DNA from: Candidatus Omnitrophota bacterium
GTDB taxonomy: Bacteria; Omnitrophota; Gorgyraeia; Gorgyraeales; Gorgyraeaceae
Length of the DNA stretch: 64,000 nucleotides
Assembly: GCA_030649895.1 (NCBI GenBank)
Contig: JAUSEX010000030.1
Coordinates: 592 to 64,591, forward strand
Direction of reading: 5' to 3'
The translations under genes and the position numbers were made by a program. Under the pieces are notes generated by a model. That model saw only the letters and a list, made by a program, of their open reading frames with translations. It ran no database searches and had not been told where the DNA came from. Within the stretch, counting starts at the first letter, position 1. Each line of letters starts with the position of its first letter. Shown here in pieces: positions 58,848-64,000 of this stretch.

Positions 58848-60127
58848 CCTCTTATTTTCCATGCTTCGGCGTAAACAAAAGACAGGAAATCGAACGGCTT
58901 GTTTACGAAATATCCAAAAGAGACAAAATAAGCCCGGAAAAAATACTCAGTCCTGTTTATTCCGATAATTTCGAATCTTTAAAAAACAGGCTTATCAAAA
59001 TAAGATTTCCGTACGCCTCCAAATATAACAAGACTATAAGGCCATACCTGCCTAAGATAGCGATAAAACCTGCCGATAAGTTTAATCCCGGAGATTCGGA
59101 GTTCAACCCCGCCAGGATATTTATCGAAAAATCAGCTGCTTCATCCGGCCTTAAAAACAACTTCAGAAAATCTTTCCCTGAAGCGAAATTTACGGAAATA
59201 TCCTCGCTGAAAGACTTTATCCGGGACAATAAAACATCAGGCCCGTCCTCTTACAACAAAAGGCGCGACAATGTTTTTATCACAAATGAAAAATATGACT
59301 TCTTTAAAAAATGCCCATGCACAAAAGGCGCAGTCGGATGCGGATATCATATATTTAACCTGGGTTTCGGCTGCGTATTTGACTGCACATACTGCTACCT
59401 CCAGGAATATAACAATGCGCCCGGGCTTATATTCCCTGCGAATATCAATAAATTTTTCGAAAGATTCAGGCGCTACAAAAAACTAAAGATGCGCATCGGA
59501 ACAGGAGAATTTTCAGACTCGCTGATGCTGGACCATATAACAGAATATTCTGTAGATATAATAGAATTTTTTAATAAGCATGAGGATGTTACTTTTGAAT
59601 TCAAAACAAAAAGCGCGAATATATATAATATTTTAAAATCAAGGCATTCAGGAAATATCGTAGTCTCCTGGTCTTTAAATCCTCAGGGCATAATAGACAA
59701 AAACGAATTTTTTACAGCGTCTTTGAGCGAGAGGCTGGACTCAGCTGAAAAATGCGCCCAGGCAGGCTACAAGGTAGGGTTTCATTTTGATCCTGTGATT
59801 TATTTTAATGGATGGGAGAAAGAATACCAAAGCGTAATAGACTTATTATTCAATAAAATAAACCCCAAAGATATAGCGTGGATAAGCATGGGCACATTCA
59901 GGCTTAAGCCTGAATTAAAACCACTGATAGAAAACCGTTTTCCGGATAACAAGATTCTGGACGAGGAACTTTTGGCGGGGTATGATAATAAATTAAGGTA
60001 TCCTTACGGCCTGAGATACACTATATATAAAAGTCTGCTCAATAGCTTTAAAAAATATTCTAAAAAGCTTCCGATCTATCTCTGCATGGAAGAAATTTCT
60101 ATCTGGCAAGACCTTAAGTCCGCCTGA
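58829..60127 (+). CDS. Spore photoproduct lyase-family radical SAM protein
   Basis: CPCT....CGY, GCVFDCTYCYLQ, R.GTGEF.DS, E.KTKS, SWSLNP, HFDP, YLCME. Confidence 0.85.
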   Translation: MQLHKIASYFPCFGVNKRQEIERLVYEISKRDKISPEKILSPVYSDNFESLKNRLIKIRFPYASKYNKTIRPYLPKIAIKPADKFNPGDSEFNPARIFIEKSAASSGLKNNFRKSFPEAKFTEISSLKDFIRDNKTSGPSSYNKRRDNVFITNEKYDFFKKCPCTKGAVGCGYHIFNLGFGCVFDCTYCYLQEYNNAPGLIFPANINKFFERFRRYKKLKMRIGTGEFSDSLMLDHITEYSVDIIEFFNKHEDVTFEFKTKSANIYNILKSRHSGNIVVSWSLNPQGIIDKNEFFTASLSERLDSAEKCAQAGYKVGFHFDPVIYFNGWEKEYQSVIDLLFNKINPKDIAWISMGTFRLKPELKPLIENRFPDNKILDEELLAGYDNKLRYPYGLRYTIYKSLLNSFKKYSKKLPIYLCMEEISIWQDLKSA

Positions 60128-60143
60128 CAGGCGGACTTAAGGT
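60111..60143. repeat. Perfect 33-bp palindrome spanning both convergent stop codons
   Basis: accttaagtccgcctg-a-caggcggacttaaggt. Confidence 0.85.
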
Positions 60144-61549
60144 AAAACCTTTATAGCTCTTTCAGGCCGCGTGGGGCACTTATTCTGGCAAATCCCGCAT
60201 CCCACGCATAAAGAAATATCCACGTAAGGCTTGCGAATCTTTTTTCCCGCAATCGTTTCTTCATAGGTCTTGATAGCTTTGCTGGCTACGGGACAATGTT
60301 CTTCGCACACGATACATTCTCTATTCTGCGACAATGGGAGGCATATATTTTTATCAATAATCGCCGAGCCAAGTTTTTGCTCCTTTTTTTGAGCCAAGCT
60401 TAAATTAGGTATTGCGCCTGCGGGGCAAACTTGTCCGCAAAGATTACAATTATATTCGCAATATCCTATCTCAGGCACAAGATGAGGCGCCCATATGCCT
60501 GCGAGGCCTGATTCGAATATCGCAGGCTGCAGGCCGTTGGTCGGGCAGATCTTCATGCAATTACCGCACCTTATGCATTTATTTAAAAATTCATGCTCAT
60601 TTTTAACCCCAGGCGGCCTGATAAGCTTTTTTTTAGCAGAGCCTTCCCTTCCCTTAAACCCTAAGAATAAAAACGAGGACGCTATCAAAAATAAAAAATC
60701 TTTGCGCGATATAGAACCTTCGCTTCCGGAGCGCTTTGCGGTATTTTTAATGGGCCAGGAAAATTTTGTGGCCAGATCAGGGCAATCATATATACAATCC
60801 ATACAAAGGATGCACTCTTCTTTTCTATAGCCCGAGTCTTCTTTTATAGCGGACATACGGCAGTTGATGCTGCATCTCATACAATGCATGCATTTATCAA
60901 TATGCCTGCTCAACAAACAAAACCTCGCGGTAAGCGCGTATATCGCTCCAAGCGGGCAAAGGATGCGGCACCAGAATCTTTTTGTTATAAGCGCAAGCCC
61001 GCAGATTATAACAAAAAAACTTAAAGTGATAAATGAATGCGGGAAATAAAATATCTTTGTCCCAAGTATTGATAATTTCAGCATGCGGTAAAAATCATAG
61101 AGCGGCGTGTAAAAATTAAGACCCTTTATAAGAAAAATAAACGCCTTGTCCATGGCCAGGGTAAAAGACGGTATAAAATTTAAAGAAATAAACCTTGCTG
61201 TGATAACAAGCGGGTCAAAAATCCATACAATCTGAATACCTATAAACGCAAAAACAACAATAAGGCCCAGGATAAAATACTTAATATTTCTGAAAAGGCC
61301 CATATCCCTGTTTTTCGCTTTTATTCCGCATGCATCAATAATAGTCCCGAGCGGGCAAACCCATCCGCAAAAAAATCTTCCTATTATAAAGGTCATGGCG
61401 AGCATCGTCAAAGAAAACAGGCTGAATACCGAGACCAGCGGGTCTATTTTAAAAAACGCGGCTGCGTGCGGGGTCAGCCACAAAAGATAAATAAATAACA
61501 TCAGAAAAGATATCTGGCTAAGCCTTCTGAATAAAATTAATTTTTTCAT
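60137..61549 (-). CDS. Membrane polyferredoxin (NapH/YccM-like fused to MauM/NapG-like)
   Basis: GRFFCGWVCPLG, RFWC..LCPLGA, IRPPG...E..F...CIRCG.C, several CxxCxxCxxxC. Confidence 0.88.
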   Translation of the reverse strand: MKKLILFRRLSQISFLMLFIYLLWLTPHAAAFFKIDPLVSVFSLFSLTMLAMTFIIGRFFCGWVCPLGTIIDACGIKAKNRDMGLFRNIKYFILGLIVVFAFIGIQIVWIFDPLVITARFISLNFIPSFTLAMDKAFIFLIKGLNFYTPLYDFYRMLKLSILGTKIFYFPHSFITLSFFVIICGLALITKRFWCRILCPLGAIYALTARFCLLSRHIDKCMHCMRCSINCRMSAIKEDSGYRKEECILCMDCIYDCPDLATKFSWPIKNTAKRSGSEGSISRKDFLFLIASSFLFLGFKGREGSAKKKLIRPPGVKNEHEFLNKCIRCGNCMKICPTNGLQPAIFESGLAGIWAPHLVPEIGYCEYNCNLCGQVCPAGAIPNLSLAQKKEQKLGSAIIDKNICLPLSQNRECIVCEEHCPVASKAIKTYEETIAGKKIRKPYVDISLCVGCGICQNKCPTRPERAIKVLP

Positions 61550-61550
61550 C

Positions 61551-62537
61551 CTAAACCTTAATAGTCAATATGTCCGCCTTGGCAATTTCAGCGTAGTCGC
61601 CTTTTCCCAGGTCATGCTTGACAGCGTAATCCACATAGCTCACGGATAAAGGTTCAACCCCCATTAATACGCACGCGTACGAGTCGCACAATACAGGGTC
61701 CGTGCCCACTATCAGGGTTTTCATATCTACAACATCTTCAAGATTTCCTCCTGTTGGCCCGTTTTTCTTAAGCACCCTATAAGCGTCTATTACTGCAAGG
61801 TCTGGTTTTATGAAATCCGTGAGATGCGCCAGTTTTATCCCCATGTCAAAGTGTATCAACCCTCTATTGCCGCTACAAACCCCCATCAGATTTTTCATGG
61901 ACAGCGTAAGGCCGGCGAGACGGTGATGCTTTAACACGGGTACATTTATAAATGTGTCGCATTCCAGGGCATCCCTGAAAACAGGCCATCCTTCCATAGG
62001 ACTCTGGTAATCAAACCTTGCCTTCACTACGTTCCAGTCATCGGGAGAATAGACATTAGCGCCTTTTTCCTTTGCAATCTTTTCTATGCCGCTATTTTTA
62101 TAACAGCGCTTTGGGTCGTTACAGGGGTTATCGAATACATTTACCCTTTTTGCGCCTGAGTTAAAGCACATATCCACAAGCGCTCCGACAACCTGAGGGT
62201 TTGTATTGGCTGCCTGTTCAGGAGTACGGTCCCACCCTATATTAGGCTTTATAAGCACAACGCTATTTTTCTTTACAAATTTATCCATCCCTCCTATCGC
62301 TTCCATTGCTTTCATTGTCATTAGATAAGGGTCATCGCCTTTTGCCACAACCAGATCATGCAGGCCTTTTATTTTTTTAACTGTCCTTCCCGTAGAAATT
62401 TCCTCTTTGCCAAACGCGAATTTAAATAAGGCGTTATTTAACATAAGGCTTCCCGCGCCTATCCCGCATAGCTTTAAAAATCCTTTTCTTGTAATTTTTT
62501 TCTTAGGAAGTCGTTCAAATATTGATTCTACTTTCAT
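61551..62537 (-). CDS. DUF362 protein with Tat-like signal
   Basis: TRKGFLK signal; KPNIGWDR.PE.AANTNP, P.LKHH, L.MKNLMG, GPTGG. Confidence 0.88.
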   Translation of the reverse strand: MKVESIFERLPKKKITRKGFLKLCGIGAGSLMLNNALFKFAFGKEEISTGRTVKKIKGLHDLVVAKGDDPYLMTMKAMEAIGGMDKFVKKNSVVLIKPNIGWDRTPEQAANTNPQVVGALVDMCFNSGAKRVNVFDNPCNDPKRCYKNSGIEKIAKEKGANVYSPDDWNVVKARFDYQSPMEGWPVFRDALECDTFINVPVLKHHRLAGLTLSMKNLMGVCSGNRGLIHFDMGIKLAHLTDFIKPDLAVIDAYRVLKKNGPTGGNLEDVVDMKTLIVGTDPVLCDSYACVLMGVEPLSVSYVDYAVKHDLGKGDYAEIAKADILTIKV

Positions 62538-63259
62538 ACCTTCCTCCTGACTATCCGTGACGCCAGTATGCCTGCTTCATAAAGCGCAAGCATAGGGATA
62601 GCAAATATCAGCATGTTCACGATATCCTGCGTAGGCGTAATAATTGCCGCTATTATAAAGATCGCCACTATGGCGTATTTTCTGTTTTTCCTGAAAAATT
62701 CCGCATTCAATATTCCGATATACGACAAAAGCGCCATAATAACCGGTATCTGGAATATCCCGGCTCCTATCAAAAGCAAGGCCCCTGCAAATGAAAAATA
62801 TTTATCTATGCTTATCATGGGCACTGCCGCGCCGTTCGCGAAACTGATAAGAAACTTAAGCGCAAAAGGCAGCGCCAGAAAGTAAGAAAATATTATGCCC
62901 AGTATTGAAAGCAGGAATGATATTATCAGCCAGCTTGCTATGGCCTCCCTTTGATCCTGCTGCACCGCGGGCATTAAAAATAACCCTATTTGGAATAAAA
63001 TAAAAGGCAGGGAAATCATAAAACCTGCCAGGATAGAAAGCCTCAGATACGTTGTAAAAACTTCCGTAGGGGATGTAAATATAAAATTTTCTATTATGCC
63101 TAAAGCCGGTAATCTCAGGATATCAGATATTTTATTCACAAAAGTAAAAGAAAAAATAGCGGCCAGTACAAAAAAAACTAGGCTCGCGATAATCCGCTTG
63201 CGCAACTCTTCCAGATGCTCTATGATTGACATCTTGTTTGGATATATGTCAGTAGCCAT
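62534..63259 (-). CDS. tatC: Twin-arginine translocase subunit TatC
   Basis: EHLEELR.R, SPTE.F, FQ.P, AAIITP.QD, P...LYE. Confidence 0.93.
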   Translation of the reverse strand: MATDIYPNKMSIIEHLEELRKRIIASLVFFVLAAIFSFTFVNKISDILRLPALGIIENFIFTSPTEVFTTYLRLSILAGFMISLPFILFQIGLFLMPAVQQDQREAIASWLIISFLLSILGIIFSYFLALPFALKFLISFANGAAVPMISIDKYFSFAGALLLIGAGIFQIPVIMALLSYIGILNAEFFRKNRKYAIVAIFIIAAIITPTQDIVNMLIFAIPMLALYEAGILASRIVRRKV

Positions 63260-63330
63260 TTTTTATCCTTTCAATTTAAAAGATATGGGTATATTATAGT
63301 ATAATATACAAGGTTTGAGAATTAAAAAGA

Positions 63331-63399
63331 GTTCCTTTCTCCGGCACCTTTAAAAACTGGGCACCTGGGATAAAATTTTGTTTCACAAAATTTGGGAGG
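63331..63399 (+). promoter_or_regulatory. Structured 5'-UTR/SD element, copy F
   Basis: GTTCCTTT..GGGATA-AAATTTTG-TTTCA-CAAAATTT-GGGAGG-5 nt-ATG. Confidence 0.75.
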
Positions 63400-63404
63400 C
63401 GTTT

Positions 63405-63530
63405 ATGGCTGTAAAAAAAATCGGTGAAAAGTACAGGTGTAATGTCTGCGGCAATGAAGTGATTGTCACAAAGGCGGGCGGCGGAGAGCTGGTGTGCTGC
63501 AACCAGCCCATGGAAAAAACAGCAGGTTAA
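63405..63530 (+). CDS. Desulforedoxin-like FeS4 small protein
   Basis: Not in ORF track; MAVKKIGEKYRCNVCGNEVIVTKAGGGELVCCNQPMEKTAG. Confidence 0.9.
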   Translation: MAVKKIGEKYRCNVCGNEVIVTKAGGGELVCCNQPMEKTAG

Positions 63531-64000
63531 ACTAACTGAACGTCTATTATATTCAAAGCCTTCCCTGCCAGGCCGAAAAATTCTTCTCTTTTTACAGGTA
63601 ATATTTTTACGGCCTTGCCATTTATAGAGATATTGCCTATCTTATACTCGCCGTAATCGAGATTATCCGGATTGAAATAATTTACCCGTATAGTTTTACC
63701 AGCAAAAGTCGTATTGACTGAAATTTTTTTGGATTTTCCGAACTGCGACTTCATCAGCTTCGGATCTATCGCGAGGCTGCCCATGTCCCCTCTTACCCCG
63801 AATACCTGGGTAAGCATGGTAAATAAAAACCAGCTGGCTGAGCCGGTCAAATAATGATACATGCCCCTGCCCTCGGAATTAAAGTACTCTGGGATGCCCG
63901 GATAAATCTTACTGATGCCGGTATTCAGGCACATATTGCCTATGGAATTTATAACCTCGTGCCCTTCCCTGACAAATCCCCTCTTATAAAGCGCATACGC
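63527..64000 (-). CDS. GH94 phosphorylase C-terminus, laminaribiose-phosphorylase-like (5' truncated)
   Basis: Frame open to window end (AYALYKRGFVREG...); IYPGIPEYF...GRGMY.YLTGSASW. Confidence 0.75.
   Translation of the reverse strand, partial: AYALYKRGFVREGHEVINSIGNMCLNTGISKIYPGIPEYFNSEGRGMYHYLTGSASWFLFTMLTQVFGVRGDMGSLAIDPKLMKSQFGKSKKISVNTTFAGKTIRVNYFNPDNLDYGEYKIGNISINGKAVKILPVKREEFFGLAGKALNIIDVQLV

Noticed and set aside
39-63299. Many antisense or overlapping ORFs in the track (e.g. 39078-39719, 51396-52115, 36848-37384)
   Set aside because: They are shadows of well-supported genes on the opposite strand and have no motifs
1415-63399. Dispersed repeats as a CRISPR array
   Set aside because: Copies are kilobases apart, with no regular repeat-spacer units and no cas genes
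1-64000. tRNA, rRNA, IS elements, prophage
   Set aside because: No cloverleaf or rRNA signatures, transposase, integrase or phage genes recognised

Overview
A gene-dense, AT-rich bacterial chromosomal window from an anaerobe. Gene content suggests a Candidatus Omnitrophota-like organism, but that is inference only. It holds about 70 CDSs. Main blocks: (1) housekeeping genes (nth, nadE, era, fba, dusB, maf, yggS, trxB, tatC); (2) a FAD D-2-hydroxyacid dehydrogenase plus LarA-like racemase pair; (3) beta-glucan enzymes (GH5, GH161-like phosphorylase, and a GH94 laminaribiose-phosphorylase-like partial at the right edge); (4) a ~17 kb minus-strand O2/NO/iron stress island (tpx, rubredoxin, SOR, OFOR alpha/beta, TrxB-like, orphan RnfD-like, AmrS, AzoR, split FeoB, DtxR, Rrf2, Hcp, Hrb, FprA, rubrerythrin, Isf, glutaredoxin, Ogg) with two copies of a candidate Rrf2 operator; (5) metal-transport genes; (6) two divergent homospermidine synthase paralogs with an ornithine decarboxylase; (7) an operon with three radical SAM genes, DUF362 and a nucleoside-phosphorylase-like gene; (8) a Tat-exported DUF362/4Fe-4S pair. 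No rRNA, tRNA, CRISPR or transposase was seen. The most striking non-coding signal is a six-copy, covarying two-stem structured element that always ends in the Shine-Dalgarno sequence 4-5 nt before a start codon. Also notable are a perfect 47-bp inverted repeat inside the two hss paralogs and several REP-like palindrome families, some inside ORFs. All product calls come from motif recognition, not database searches.
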